A stretch of DNA of 43,608 nt, taken from assembly GCF_001194135.2 (NCBI RefSeq), contig NC_068990.1:8321271-8364878 (forward strand), written 5' to 3'. Origin of the DNA: Octopus bimaculoides. Lineage: Eukaryota. The notes under the pieces are model-generated. The model did not search any database. It was not told where the DNA came from and saw only the letters and a program-made list of their open reading frames with translations. Positions 1 through 13,030 of the stretch are shown here, piece after piece. A program made the translations under genes and the position numbers. Positions within the stretch are counted from its first letter, which is position 1, and each line of letters starts with the position of its first letter.

Positions 1-816
1 ATATATATATATATATATATAATGAAAAAAGTGATCATTATTATTAAAACAATAATAACAATAAAGTGGCAAGCAAGTTTAACCAAAATAGGTACAATAT
101 ACATAAGAATTAGGGCACGCTGGTATATTTTGTACCCTATTTTTTATGTATATTTTAGCTATTTTGGTTAAGCCTGCTGGCCAATTTATTGTTGTTATTG
201 TTTTCAATTATAATGATATCTTATTTAAATTTTTTACTTACTACTGTTCGCTTTTGAAAGTCGCGGGCGTATTCAAGCGAACACACGCTCGCGGTGTAGT
301 TATTATATTTTTTAAAAATTAGTTGTATGCAGTAAGCTCATTAATGCTCCTAAGTATTGGTTATCAAAAACAAAAAGGTGAAATGAAATGATACTGAGAT
401 GTCAGCACTTTTCTTTGTAGTTTTGCAAAGGTAAGGGCTATTTTTATATTTGCTACATTAAACGTGTGTACTTACTTATAATAGAATATGTGACTTTGGA
501 AAGTTGACTCTATTTCCTAGCATAGCTGGTATATTTTTGTTATATCTCAACGCTACTGCTCTCTATCTCCTTCGGATAATCTCTACTCAACCGCTACACA
601 ACTACTACTCGACTGCTACTCAGCGCTCTTACCACGGCCAGACTACCTCTATTTATATGTCTTGGAACAAAATCGCCAACGATTCACATGTGGTTACATT
701 TTGTAAAAAATATATATATATATTAGAGTTGATGCATTTTATTAAAAATTCTCCAAAGCAGATCCCCAGTATGGCTACAAGAAAAAATAAGATAAAACGT
801 AGCACATAAAACAAAT

Positions 817-873
<57 letters not shown>

Positions 874-1214
874 NNNNNNNNNNNNNNNNNNNNNNNNNNN
901 NNNNNNNNNNNNNNNNNNNNNNNNNNNNNNNNNNNNNNNNNNNNNNNNNNNNNNNNNNNNNNNNNNNNNNNNNNNNNNNNNNNNNNNNNNNNNNNNNNNN
1001 NNNNNNNNNNNNNNNNNNNNNNNNNNNNNNNNNNNNNNNNNNNNNNNNNNNNNNNNNNNNNNNNNNNNNNNNNNNNNNNNNNNNNNNNNNNNNNNNNNNN
1101 NNNNNNNNNNNNNNNNNNNNNNNNNNNNNNNNNNNNNNNNNNNNNNNNNNNNNNNNNNNNNNNNNNNNNNNNNNNNNNNNNNNNNNNNNNNNTATATATA
1201 TATATATATATATA

Positions 1215-1254
<40 letters not shown>

Positions 1255-1260
1255 CCTGTG
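817..1260. repeat. (CA)n / gap 874-1192 / (TA)n(TG)n
   Basis: Direct reading. Confidence 0.95.
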
Positions 1261-2077
1261 CGTTGTGTGTGTGTACTATGTAGGTATATATAGGCATCTA
1301 TGTATGTAAAGAAACCTATACGCATGCATACGTACATGCATACATTCATACATACATACTTACAAGTGTGTCTGCAGAAGTTAGAATAATTGAGAGCTAA
1401 TTATGTGTATATTGTAAAGTGTTCAAATTTTATCAGTTAATTTACTGACATTGGGTTTATAACATAATGAAATATCCATGTACGGGTTTCTTTTTCGTCC
1501 TCTGGAAATAGTGCAGATAATATTTAAAATGTATTTTTATTTCAATCGGTGTTTATATATATGCTTTTAGGTAAATCCTGGCCGCTTGTCAGGGATTGTG
1601 GTACAAATACGTCAACCTCTACTATTTCTGCTAACAACATAAGAAGCTCTGCTATAAACAGAAATAATCGATCAATATATTTCGAGACACTATGAGAACG
1701 AGAGTCTGAACTGGACTATAAATTCAGCGGACACAGCGGTTTATACGCAGGTAGTGAAGTCTTAATTCTTAGCAGAGGTTTCCCTCTTATATCTGATTAC
1801 ATTCTAACATTCATCTTTTTGTTTCTCATTTTTTTTCTCTTCCTTTCTCATGAATGATTCTTTCCTTCAGCATTTATCTAGGCTGGGGAGACTGAATTCC
1901 CATTCAATAGATTCACATCGTCTTCATAAAACATTTGCTCTCTGATTGATTGATATTGTCATTTATTTATTCATGTATGCAGTAAATAAATTTCAGTCGC
2001 TTTGTGTATATTTGTGTTGTAGATAGAAACATTTTAAGCACAAACACAGACCTAGTTATTTACTTATTTATTTATTC

Positions 2078-2078
<1 letters not shown>

Positions 2079-2147
<69 letters not shown>
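2079..2147. repeat. (TATC)n microsatellite
   Basis: Direct reading. Confidence 0.95.
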
Positions 2148-3899
2148 AGGAATGTATGTTTGTCTCTATATATCTGTATAGGTATATAAGCTTATATATA
2201 TATATATATATAATATATATACATGGATGATTGGGTGTGCAGAGATGGGCACGTCCGTGCACACGCACCACATACATATATATATATATGTATACGCATT
2301 CGTATTTGTGTATAGATGTATATACCATATATAGTGGTAGAATAGTTACTGTACTATATCCGTGGAATAGTTAACCGTCGCTGAATAGATTTCGTATTAC
2401 ATGTATGCCATAAACATGGAGACTGAAATGTGAGGATGAACAATACAAATGTTATTTGGATTAATGCAGTGTATATTCATTTTACATTCTGTAAACTTTG
2501 TGTGCTGCGGAGACAGTTCTTTGTTTTATTATAGATATTTATTACTACAATAACATATTACTACAATAACATTCTAGTTGTGTCTATGTCTCTCATGGCT
2601 TGACCATGAACTTCAAAAATAATTTGACCTGACAGTTCATCGTAATGTGTGCGTGTGCGTGTCTGTGTGTCTGTGTATCTTTGTTTGTATGTAGTATATA
2701 TTTATGTGTTGGAATATTTACTTTGACGCTTTCTTTTCGAGATCAATACATTCACCTTCCATTATTTATCTTGCAGTGTATATGTGTGTAAGGTAAATGG
2801 TGTTGCGGGACGTTTTGTTTTCTTTCTTCAAATGATATATCTTCTATAAATACAGAAAACCATTCATCTTCTCTACACGACGCTTTTTTTTTTCTTTCGT
2901 TAAAGATAATTTCTTTTCGGTGAGAGCTATTTTTCTTGATCAAGGAAGTATTTTCTTTATTACTGTATCCATATCAGCATGAAAGTAGATACGGTAGACA
3001 AATTTGTTTCAACTAAGAGCACGCTGTTAACTAATATCAGTCATCTTTACTATACAATATAGTATCTATTCAAAAGACTTTTCTTTTTCTATTCATTTGC
3101 ATTAAGGATATACGAGGACTATTGGAAAGTGAAACAGCTGGAGACAGACAAAAACTGTATCGACAAAAGAGAAAAGCGGACACAGCGAGACGAAATAAAA
3201 AATAGAAAATTATAATCGATAGCAAGTCGAGAATCCCAACGTGACCGAAACTAATTGATACGCAGTGATGAAGGTACTCTGGCATAGATACAACAGGCAA
3301 CAGCACTCTTTGTCATTAATTATGGTATACTGCTACACAGTTTATAAAGAAAGTAACGTAAATGCTATATTGCAATATCCAAGAAATGCGAGCGATGAAA
3401 TGTATAGTATGTTTACTTCAGTAGCACGGAAAACATATTCCTTTTCATGTTATTATATGTTAATGAAGATGTATTAACAGAACTGGACAGTTATTCTGTT
3501 GATAATTTTTTGGAAGTATACATATATCAAATGCATCAGCAGTCGTACGAATGTAATTTATCACGAGTGCCAAGCAAATCAGTGAATTGAGAAGCTAAAG
3601 TTCATCAACGACAAATTCCACCTAAATCGAAATGTTTGCCAGAATGATTGATTTTTTTTACTCACATCAGCTCTGAATTTCGTCAAAACAGTCAATGTTA
3701 AAATGCAGCAATCCACTTCGCTTCAACTGGGCAAAGTATTATACGAAGCTAACATCAAATGGAATTGGTCCTAGTGATTTCACTCCTGACCCCAATCACA
3801 ATGCCTCACTTGCCACCAAGTCCAACAAAACTCATTTTTTCACTGATGGTAATGACAATCCCTTTCATTCCCCTATAATTTTCACCAACTAATAGAGAG

Positions 3900-4660
3900 T
3901 TGCACCTGTTCGGTAATCAATTTTAACAGCCACGATATTATAACTGTACTAAGGTAGCATAATAATTTGACTTATAAACTGTGGCTAGAATGAATGGTTT
4001 GATGAGAATTAGAAATAATTTTTTAAAATAATTCAAAATAATTTTCATGAACCCAATATACTTAATATCCTTGGACTTTACACCTTATCTATAGCCTCTG
4101 AATTCAATACTGACATTACTTCATGCTTTTTATTTTATTAGCATACCTCTTATTGTTAAAATATTGGTTAAACTAATATTGATATCTGTAAAACAATACT
4201 GATGCTCTATTCAGACTAAAGAAAAAGCCCTGTTTGACCTATATACCTAGGCTTTAATTCCTCAACATTTTGATAGTAGTAAAAAAACCCATCCTATAAG
4301 AGTGTTGCCACTCTGACCAGAGAATCCTTTATAACCATATCTTTTATAGCCTTGTCCATGCATAATGCTTACACCTTCCCTTTCCTTAGAAGTGATTGTC
4401 CCTCATACTATTACTACTAGATAAGAGACAATAAAATCAGAGACAGTTTAGAATGTTTGCCTAGAACCAATTACTAGCCTGATAGACTTGGCTATGTCAA
4501 GATAGATTTTTATGTATTCTTCCTCCCACTAGGATTTGAAATGTTGCCACAATTATAATATGTCTATTCTGCTGTAATTTTCTGCATTTTCCTGCAGCTG
4601 AAGATTGCTCTACATATTGCATTTAATGTAATGCTCGCATTACTTAAATAAATGGAGTAG
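3900..4660 (+). pseudogene. Possible TLR/LRR fragment (LRR-CT-like and TM-like remnants)
   Basis: RVLPL*PENPL*...PCPC at ~4298-4365 resembles LxLxxNPLxCxC. It is followed by hydrophobic YVYSAVIFCIFL (~4560). Weak, and could be chance. Confidence 0.25.
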
Positions 4661-5927
4661 CATGAAACGTGTGTANNNNNNNNNNNNNNNNNNNNNNNNN
4701 NNNNNNNNNNNNNNNNNNNNNNNNNNNNNNNNNNNNNNNNNNNNNNNNNNNNNNNNNNNNNNNNNNNNNNNNNNNNNNNNNNNNNNNNNNNNNNNNNNNN
4801 NNNNNNNNNNNNNNNNNNNNNNNNNNNNNNNNNNNNNNNNNNNNNNNNNNNNNNNTATATATATATATATATATATGAATGTATGTATGTATGTATGTAT
4901 GTATGTATATATACACATTTGATATCAAACACAACCAGACAAATATAGTTATAGATCTAGAATGGTTCCGTGCCACAAATATTGTAATGTAGCAAGTATG
5001 AAGCTACTGACCACAAATTTCGTGATCTATTTTAAAGGGTCTAACATTTGGTGCCAAGATCATGTCGCATGTCAGTGATGCTCGATAAATGCTTCCTACC
5101 TACTATAATGCAAAACGGTATAACTCATTTCACATTTTAGAATAAAGAGGTGGAAGTGAAGCTTCTCATGAAACTGCTGCTACGTGATTATAGTGAAGTT
5201 ATTTGACCGATTTCTAAATCTTACTGTTGAAGGTAGGAAACAACTGAATTTTGATGACAAGATTTATCTTCGAAAGCGCTTGATTAAAATTCCTGAAATA
5301 ATCGATTCCTGTGATAGTTCATTCCTGCAATAATTACAATTACACGATCAAGCTGCTAAACAGCTGCATCCTGTTCTTGGAAAAAATGAGTTGTAATGCA
5401 ATTGCGAAATTTAAATGAATTTTGAATTGAAGAAAATTTCAAATTACACATTCCGTGATCACCTTCTAGTAAAACGGAATAGTTACAGAAGACTGCACGT
5501 CAAACAAGATGTCATTCTACCAAGAGTTTAACTGAGACCGTTTAACATCACTCTGCTATTTACTCTTGCACTGTAAGAGATTCCAATTCTAGAGGCTTTC
5601 GTAATTATAGTAAATAAACTAAAATGTCTTTCACCGTGTAACTTAATTCTTTTCTTCGAAAGAGTTGTAATTTGCATGGATAATTTTCTGTTGCTCTGTC
5701 ATGATCTACACAATGTTATTTAGCCATAGAGACAATGTCACAAAATGTCACCGACATTGTGTAGTGATGATTTCTTACATTTTTTTTTAATCACACACAC
5801 ACATATTTAATTCAGATGCTTTTTTATATACAAAAGTGTTCCGTTGTCTGTTGTAATCCAGTTTCATCGTCATTCACCATAACGATAACTAAGGACACAA
5901 CGAGACCAAGCACACTTAAATATGTGT

Positions 5928-5977
<50 letters not shown>

Positions 5978-6210
5978 AAATAGGTATGGGACTAGACGAC
6001 TTCGTTTGTAAAAAAATAATGTGATATTCATACTTTTGGAGAGGTTCGTCCTGAAATTCATTATTAAATTCTTCGGTAGTGACAGTTCGATCTCCTAAAT
6101 TCTTTTTATCCACAAGAAAGCGGTAGGACTGAAACTTTCAAATGCGTACTACAAACATAGATACATACAGACATATACACACACGCGTGAGCACACACAT
6201 ACACACACAC

Positions 6211-6370
6211 ATAGATCGAAGGCTACAGATCCAATCCATCACTGGAACTGCAAAAATCTGTAAAACTTTCCAGAAGCTTATCATTTAAATATAGATGTGC
6301 ATGTCTAGATATGCAACTATATACCAGAGGATACATAAATAAAGCAAAACATACAAAGACAATACCTACG
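6211..6370 (+). mobile_element. 5'-truncated 3' end of an R4/Dong-like (RLE-type) LINE, copy A
   Basis: Encodes RRLQIQSITGTAKICKTFQKLII*. It is a direct-repeat homologue of 6510-6650 and is preceded by (CA)n. Confidence 0.65.
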
Positions 6371-6755
6371 CTGAACTATTGAGAAATCTGCAGTTGGTCT
6401 ATCTAGATTATCCTGTAATTATTGGATCGCCGGCATACGTAACACACTGCCTAAATAACAATCTTGAGAAATTAGGCTTTTCAAAATCAGAAAGGAAAAA
6501 TATAACTCGAAGTCTACAAATCCAATCCACCACTGGAACTGTACAAATCTGTAAAACTTTCCAGGAGTTTATCATTTAAATATATATAAGCATGTCTAGA
6601 CATGCGACTATATGCATGCGAATACATACATAAAGCAAAACATACAAATCTGTATCTATACATACATACATACATATATACATACATACATACAAACATA
6701 CATACATACATACATACATACAGACAGAAATACATACATACATACATACATACAA
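6371..6755 (+). mobile_element. 5'-truncated 3' end of an R4/Dong-like LINE, copy B, with (TACA)n tail
   Basis: ORF 6379-6579 PVIIGSPAYV..LEKLGF..RSLQIQSTTGTVQICKTF resembles the RLE-LINE C-terminus (PvviGalG..l..l..LQk..l.GT..I). A (TACA)n tail follows. Confidence 0.7.
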
Positions 6756-8540
6756 AAATAGCCTGTTGTTGATGCTGAAATTCCAGTGAAGGAGCCTTGG
6801 ATCTGGGTCAAAAACCGACACTTTCTCTATTGGCAAGAAATCTTCAAATAAAACTTAACAATGACATACATACACATAGGGAGACAAATGTCCAGAGTTA
6901 ACTTATTTATATACAGCTTCAAGTTTCTACCTTACAGCTCGTCAGATAATGGGAATTAATTTGCGTACGTAAGAAAATTTTCGGGCATATTTAGCATTCC
7001 GCAAGCCAGCCCGACGAAAGGCAACTGCTTTCGATTAATAACTTTCTGTTATGCCACTGTTTACAATTCACATCATGATTTCTAATCGTGTATATACTAA
7101 AAGATATCCACCAGTAGCGGCCTATTTTATAAAATCTAAACAAAAAAAAAAATTGTATATGTATGTATATACAAATATATACATGTTGTGTGTGTGTGTG
7201 TGTGTGTATGTATATGTATATATATACACATATATATATACATGAGCACAAACATGCAATGAGTAAAACCCTGTTTACTGTTGCACTCTTAGCATTTCCA
7301 CTATAGTGCTCTTTTTTCGTACAGATAGTATTTTATGGCGGAGAGAATTACATGAAAAATTTTCCCTCTATTTTACGTATATCTTACTTACTTTATTGTG
7401 AAGGTTTGTTCTAATGTTTGGTTATGTTAGAAAAACATTAGGAATCAAATTATACTGAAAAAACATAATGCACAACTTGTTCAAACTGATGTATCTTAGA
7501 GGAACATAATCGCTTTTCCTGTTGTCTACTTCTTTGAACCCTTCTCACCTTAAGCACTTGTTTTTTGTTTCCATCTTCGTATTATAGTTGTTTTATTTTC
7601 TCCAATATCACCAGTGACCTCTATGTTCGAGCACATACATGGTGGCCTCCTATATTTTAGTTTCCTCATATTCCTGTTGAATATTTTTTCTTTCCTTGTA
7701 AATTGCCCCCATCGCTTCTCTAACTGTCTCACGTTTTCTTTTCATATTCAATTTTGTTGAACCGGACATTTGCGGGAGTATAACATGATGATAACATTTC
7801 TTAATGTTTAGTAGGGAAAAATTCAACTACGAGTGCTGAAATTTTATCTAAGCCGTTGAGGAATAGCATTATATTGTATGTATATTTGCAAATGTTGAGA
7901 CGATAGAAACCTACTGAATGCATGAGGTAGCTGAAGACATCTTTAAACATAAATAAATCAAGTAGCACATGCGTTCAAAATAAGTTAGTCATTTCATTGA
8001 CAAGAGTGTACGTTAGCCCTTTCATCATAACGGAAAAGCATGGAGTATATTCACAAATTTTCAAAACGATGAAGATATTAATTCAGAAAAAAATCGATAA
8101 CAGACGTTGATATTCCAGTGGGGGGTATAATATACTCTGCGTAGAACTCTCCATTCAAGGTTCAAATGCTGACACATATATCTCAGTTGAAGAAACTACT
8201 TCTGATTCTAAATTTATCTGTCAGTTTTTGCAAAAAAATTTGGTTCTAAAATTTTGTTTGAAAATGTAAATTTTGAAAAGAAAATCTTAAGTATGGAAAA
8301 GATAAACAATCACTAACTTGCAAACTTATATGAACGGGAAGAATAGAATTTATGAAATACGAGAGAATAGTAGAGTGATGACCCGTTGGGTTACCGAAAG
8401 ACTCTAAGTTTCCCAGCAACGGGGAATTGTTTCGTGTTTTTTCTTTTTTTCTTCATTTTTACTTTTCCACGTTACTTCGCAAGCTTTCAACGAATGTGAC
8501 ATCGAAACCACACATAAATGGCTTCTTTCCACCAAAAAAG

Positions 8541-8676
8541 AAAGATTTGGCTGCTATTTCTTGCAATATACCACGTAACAGGAGGCAATATACCATGTAA
8601 CAGGTATTTCAGGTCTTTTATCGCAAATAGCTCTTACGTGGTAGCAGAGCGTGCTAGAAATAGCAACCAAATCTTT
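8541..8676. repeat. Hairpin/MITE-like element with ~25-bp terminal inverted repeats
   Basis: aaagatttggctgctatttcttgca (8541-8565) versus tgctagaaatagcaaccaaatcttt (8652-8676), 2 mismatches. Inner taccacgtaa/ttacgtggta also pair. Internal 19-bp direct duplication caatataccaYgtaacagg. Confidence 0.85.
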
Positions 8677-9349
8677 GGCGGTGAGATACGTTAACTGCAA
8701 TCGAAAAAACCTATGGAAAAAAGCTATTTTACACTGAGGTTTCGAACGGGTCTTTTACGAAATATTTGTCGTATTTTTTAAGTAATTTTAACTTTAGAAA
8801 ACTTTTTAAATATGCCAAAACATCTTTGTAATGGTATTCACTTGAAAATAATTTCAAAAGACATTAAAATAATGTCTGTTTAAAGAAAGCTAAAACATAA
8901 ATACTTACTGTACAAACTATATTTCGTGAAACTTGTTTTATTCCGTTCGTATTAACATTTCAGGGTAAACTTAATTCATAGTATTTTTCCATTATGCGTC
9001 AGTTTGGCGGAGTAACATTGCAAGAAAGCAAGATTCAGTCTGACTTTTACTAGTATATGGATAATATTTCGGCATGAGAAATGTGGTTTCAAATAACGAC
9101 ATGAGAATAAGAATAGGAACATATTCACACACTCATACGCATACACACACATGCGCACACATACGCATACAAACCAGACAAACTCACACAAGTACATGTA
9201 TACATGAACGCACACAATACATACACGCACAAGCATACACACACACGCACATATATACCTGGGTGAGAGAAATAGCGATAGAAAGGAAGAAAAGGCGTTT
9301 AATATTTTATAGGAACATAAAACAGAAACGATTACCAATACTAGAGATA

Positions 9350-10960
9350 AGTTGAATTGAAGATGAGTCCAATGAAAACTATTAATTCACACAATGAAAA
9401 CATCTGAGAATGGTCAGCGACGTTCGTGGTATTCGGTTTATAGCCGTTTTTAGGATACAACTTAATATTGATAATAATAAGGAAAAATAATTGATAATCA
9501 AAAGAAAAAAAATAATCAGATATAAATTACAGTGAGGATAAGGAAATTGAAATAAGTAAAAAAGCATAAAATAAATACACGTACGAGTTGATATCTATTG
9601 ATATGGTCAGCTTTATTAATAGAGATACTTACATTGTTAATGGTTCATAATAGTAAAATTGAGTATAAAGATAAGAAAATATAATTATGTCTGAGATGGA
9701 ATTATTAATGCTAATACTGCTTAAATAAATGAATGCAAAATACGAACAATTTTAAAGGTAAATGTGATAGTATACCAGATTTTTATTGAGCCGGATGGCT
9801 TNNNNNNNNNNNNNNNNNNNNNNNNNNNNNNNNNNNNNNNNNNNNNNNNNNNNNNNNNNNNNNNNNNNNNGTACACGTCAGTGATAATGTACAACTGGAC
9901 CAAAAATAAATTGCTGTTTTCACTAGTCGCTTTTTGAGACGAATTATTGTCACCTTTCTTTTTAAACGCAGAGAACCCATAAGTGATTTTATTTCGGACG
10001 AATGTTGCAGTAACCTGAATATCAACATTTTGTATACATTAAGTATGATACACAGAATTGTATAATAAGGATTTTGATTTTGTCACAGGGCTCGTAATTT
10101 CGTGGCAGGTGGTAATCAATTATATAGCCCCCCCCCCCACTACTCAGCTGGCACTTCTTTTATCAACCCGGAATGGTTGAAAAGCAAAATAGATCTTGCC
10201 AAGTTTTGAAATCAAAACGTTAAAACAGGCGAAACACAGCTAGCCATTTTGATTATTATGCTAACGATTCTGCCAGCTCGCCGCCTTATACACGGCTATA
10301 ATAATATTTATAGGATTGTTTAAATAATGATTTGTTAAAATATAATTCTAAAATATGCATGGATGAATAATAAGTGTTGTAGCTAGTTGTTAAAACCTAC
10401 AGTGTTTATAGGATTTTGGTTGCCAAACTATATTGCCACTCGGTTCATCCATTCCCACTTCTTTTCTTTTCACTTCACTTATCTGACAATTATGGTTTGG
10501 AAAGAACTATTTTCAATCTCGTCTACCCTATAAATCAAAGCCCTTGTGATCTTGTATGAAATCGATAATACTAGTATTTCCAAATCATTTATTCAATAAA
10601 TCGATATCACTAATTCTTCAGTATCAGCCGACAGTATATTGCGTTCCACTCTTACATTCTGTATGTTTTCTAACCACAATGTCATATCATTAAAATGAGT
10701 GGGTGTAACATTGCAAGGTGTATAAATCCACAAGGCCAAATTCGCAAATATTGACTTTGGTTCGACGTATATTTTATGATACATAGGTATTTAAGTGAAA
10801 TTATCACACGACTGATGAGGGAAATGAAATAATACCCATAGGACACAAGTTTGCTGCCATAAAACACTGATCAAATGGAATTCACAATGGCATACTGCTC
10901 TCGGAACGTGGACAGTGTTGTTACTATACATATATTAATCTTAATCCATATCATAAAATA
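9350..10960 (-). pseudogene. Decayed LRR/TLR pseudogene fragment (copy 3, ectodomain only recognised)
   Basis: Minus-strand LRRs: ISLKYLCI (ORF 10682-10867), FGLVDLYTL (~10745-10715), LENIQNVRVERNIL (ORF 10593-10784), NDLEILVLS...DEIENSSFQT (~10590-10495), FVRNKITY (~10005-9980). No TIR recognised. Confidence 0.5.
10081..10288 (-). mobile_element. tRNA-derived octopus-type SINE (family A), diverged
   Basis: Reverse complement of the head aaggcggcgagctggcagaatcgttagc at 10260-10288. Body is homologous to the other family A copies. Confidence 0.8.
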
Positions 10961-11379
10961 GGTCAATCAAGTGAGTAAACAGAAGCCCCCTTCCATACAC
11001 ATATATTGGCTTTTTCACCCCACCTTTCCTCAGTTGTAACGCCATGCCTGCTACTTCCGTACCAATTTTAAGACATTTCTATTCTGAATTCAACGACTGA
11101 CAACTCCAGTTCTTCTTGTACAAAACAACTATCTTCTGGAATTCATTTTTTGCTGTTTTCCCTTGTTGTGGTCAAATTGAAGTCGGCCATGGGCTACATC
11201 ACGAAATACTTTACCGGCCACGCAGGATTTGAGAAGGCAACTGTCAGAGCCCCTACCATTATACAACATTATTAAAATAAATTCTGATACGATATGACTG
11301 TTATTTGAACACCATTAACATCGTGTATAATACACATTACAAGTGAATACATTAACACTTTTATTATTTTACATGTTTT

Positions 11380-11587
11380 AAGGCGGCGAGTTGGAAGATT
11401 AGTTAGCATGGTGGACGAAATGCTTAGCGGTATTTCGCCGCTCGCTAAGTTCTGAGTTCAAATTCCAGCGTGGTCAACTTTGCATGCCATCTTTTCGGGG
11501 TCGATAAGTTAACTACCAGTTGAGTACTGGGGTCGATGTAATCAACTTAATTCTCTCCCAAGCTTTGTGCGTATAGTGAAAAGAATG
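11380..11587 (+). mobile_element. SINE family A
   Basis: aggcggcgagttggaag...gttctgagttcaaattcc (B-box-like)...ttcggggtcgataa...ggggtcgatgtaatc; homologous to the 29095-29320 and 40452-40665 copies. Confidence 0.9.
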
Positions 11588-11944
11588 CATAAGTGAAGTA
11601 ATTTTGGACGAATGTTTTAGTCATTGAATATTGTATATGCTTGGGCAACATCAAGTGTCAATTGAGTCGATTAAAATAGCATTGTTCCTAATACAAAAGT
11701 TCGTTATTTTATCCATTAATATATGTTGATCTGCAAGGATATTAGAAAACGAAAGAACGCATCATAACTACAACAATTTCAGGACTGACGAAAGCCTAAC
11801 CTCTCTTTCAGTCTCACATGCACTTCTTTAAAAAGGACTTTGGCAGGCGAAAGCTATTCTAATGTTCATCGTGCACACAAACATATATGTATGTATGCAT
11901 ATATGTATGTGTGTATACACACATACACACACAAACACACATGT

Positions 11945-12200
11945 TCTCGTGTACGTTACATCCATGATCGCAACATCGTGGTTTTCATTCCCAGACCGTC
12001 GGTATGCTGTATGCTGGAACAAAGAACTTCATTTCATGTTGTTCCAATCTACAAAGCTCTAAATGGGTTGCCCAGCTCTGAACTGACTTTCCGTTCGGGG
12101 TGAGTGTTGCCCTACATGCCTACCCCGTGGGTAGCAACATTCGAAAGATAAAGAATGAAACGATGCACATTGTGACCAGCGGATTCGCATATTAATAGTG
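11945..12200 (+). mobile_element. SINE family C (tRNA-like head), diverged
   Basis: catgatc...gtggttttcattccca...acaaagaacttcatttcatgttg shares its head with the reverse complement of 26690-26822. Confidence 0.55.
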
Positions 12201-12739
12201 AATACATGATTGAAGAGACATCAATTCTTCATTCAGATTTATGTATGTAACCATTGCACGGACAAAATTATGTTTCCAACTCTTAGTGTAGATGTTTAGA
12301 ACTAAGCAATGAAATGAAGTTAGTAGTCATACGACTGCTGTATCTGCTAATGTACAGCCCTTTAAGCCTTTGCATATATTTACTTACAGAGCCATAAAAG
12401 TGTCAAATAAAATTTATTCAATGAACCAGAAACCCATAAATATATATATATATATATANNNNNNNNNNNNNNNNNNNNNNNNNNNNNNNNNNNNNNNNNN
12501 NNNNNNNNNNNNNNNNNNNNNNNNNNNNNNNNNNNNNNNNNNNNNNNNNNNNNNNNNNNNNNNNNNNNNNNNNNNNNNNNNNNNNNNNNNNNNNNNNAGT
12601 GGAGGGAAAATGTTATGCTAGCTCAGAACTAGAAACAATATTTGTCGTTCAAACTTTAGTGAAGGATTCTTTTATTCAGACGTAGAGGTAAAGGCAAGCT
12701 GTAAAGCAACATTAGCAGCCTGTATTGCAGGCAAATAAT

Positions 12740-13030
12740 TATCAGCAGTACCAGCTATGACCAAGATCATCATCGTTATCGCCGTAGGAGCGGTGGTGGT
12801 GATGGTTGCGGCAGAGGTAATGTATTGGCGGTTGAGGTAATGGGGTTGGTGGTGGAAGTGATGGTGAGGTGGTAGAAGTGATAGTGCTGGTGGCGGTGGT
12901 GGTAGTAGTAGTAGTAGTATTAGATACAGCAGTAGTAGTAGTAGTATTAGATACAGCAGTAGTAGTAGTAGTAGTATTAGATACAGCAGTAGTAGTGGTA
13001 GCGGCAGCGATAGTTGTCATTGTTATAGTA
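12740..13030. repeat. Compound (GTG)/(GTA)n repeat with three attagatacagc(agt)n units
   Basis: Direct reading; this repeat produces the spurious Thr-rich and Val-rich ORFs. Confidence 0.9.

Larger units (their letters stand above)
470..3450 (+). pseudogene. Decayed Toll-like receptor pseudogene (copy 1: LRRs, TM, TIR)
   Basis: LRRs: TSIYMSWNKIAN (645-680, within ORF 504-809), VNLLTLGL*HNEIS (1436-1477), EVLILSR (~1757). TIR motifs: QLETDKNCIDKRE (3135-3173, cf. LE...LCIhxRD), EIKN(fs)RKIII (3192-3217, cf. AIxnSRKxI), LQYPRN (3370-3387, cf. YLEwP). Many stops and frameshifts; interrupted by (CA)n, a gap and (TATC)n. Confidence 0.7.
4950..9100 (+). pseudogene. Decayed TLR pseudogene (copy 2), interrupted by LINE 3' ends, microsatellites and a hairpin element
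   Basis: LRRs: LKKISNYTFRD (5427-5459), EIPILEAFVIIVNKLKCLSP (5577-5636), QLVQTDVS*RNIIAFP (7473-7520). LRR-CT-like SQLKKLLLILNLSVSFCKKIWF (8181-8246). Hydrophobic LFRVFLFFLHFYF (~8427-8465). TIR box1-like FYEIFVVF (8753-8776). Confidence 0.62.

Noticed and set aside
1727-3187. Shared 13-mer agcggacacagcg at ~1727 and ~3175
   Set aside because: No flanking similarity; isolated 13-mer matches are expected in a 43-kb window.
3107-3205. Apparent terminal exon DIRGLLESETAGDRQKLYRQKRKADTARRNKK*
   Set aside because: An alternative frame of the same bases gives TIR motifs consistent with the surrounding TLR relic.
4200-4300. Minus-strand YIGQTG as a Penelope GIY-YIG endonuclease
   Set aside because: It lacks the GIY and Cys context, and the plus strand offers an equally weak LRR-CT reading. 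Unresolved.
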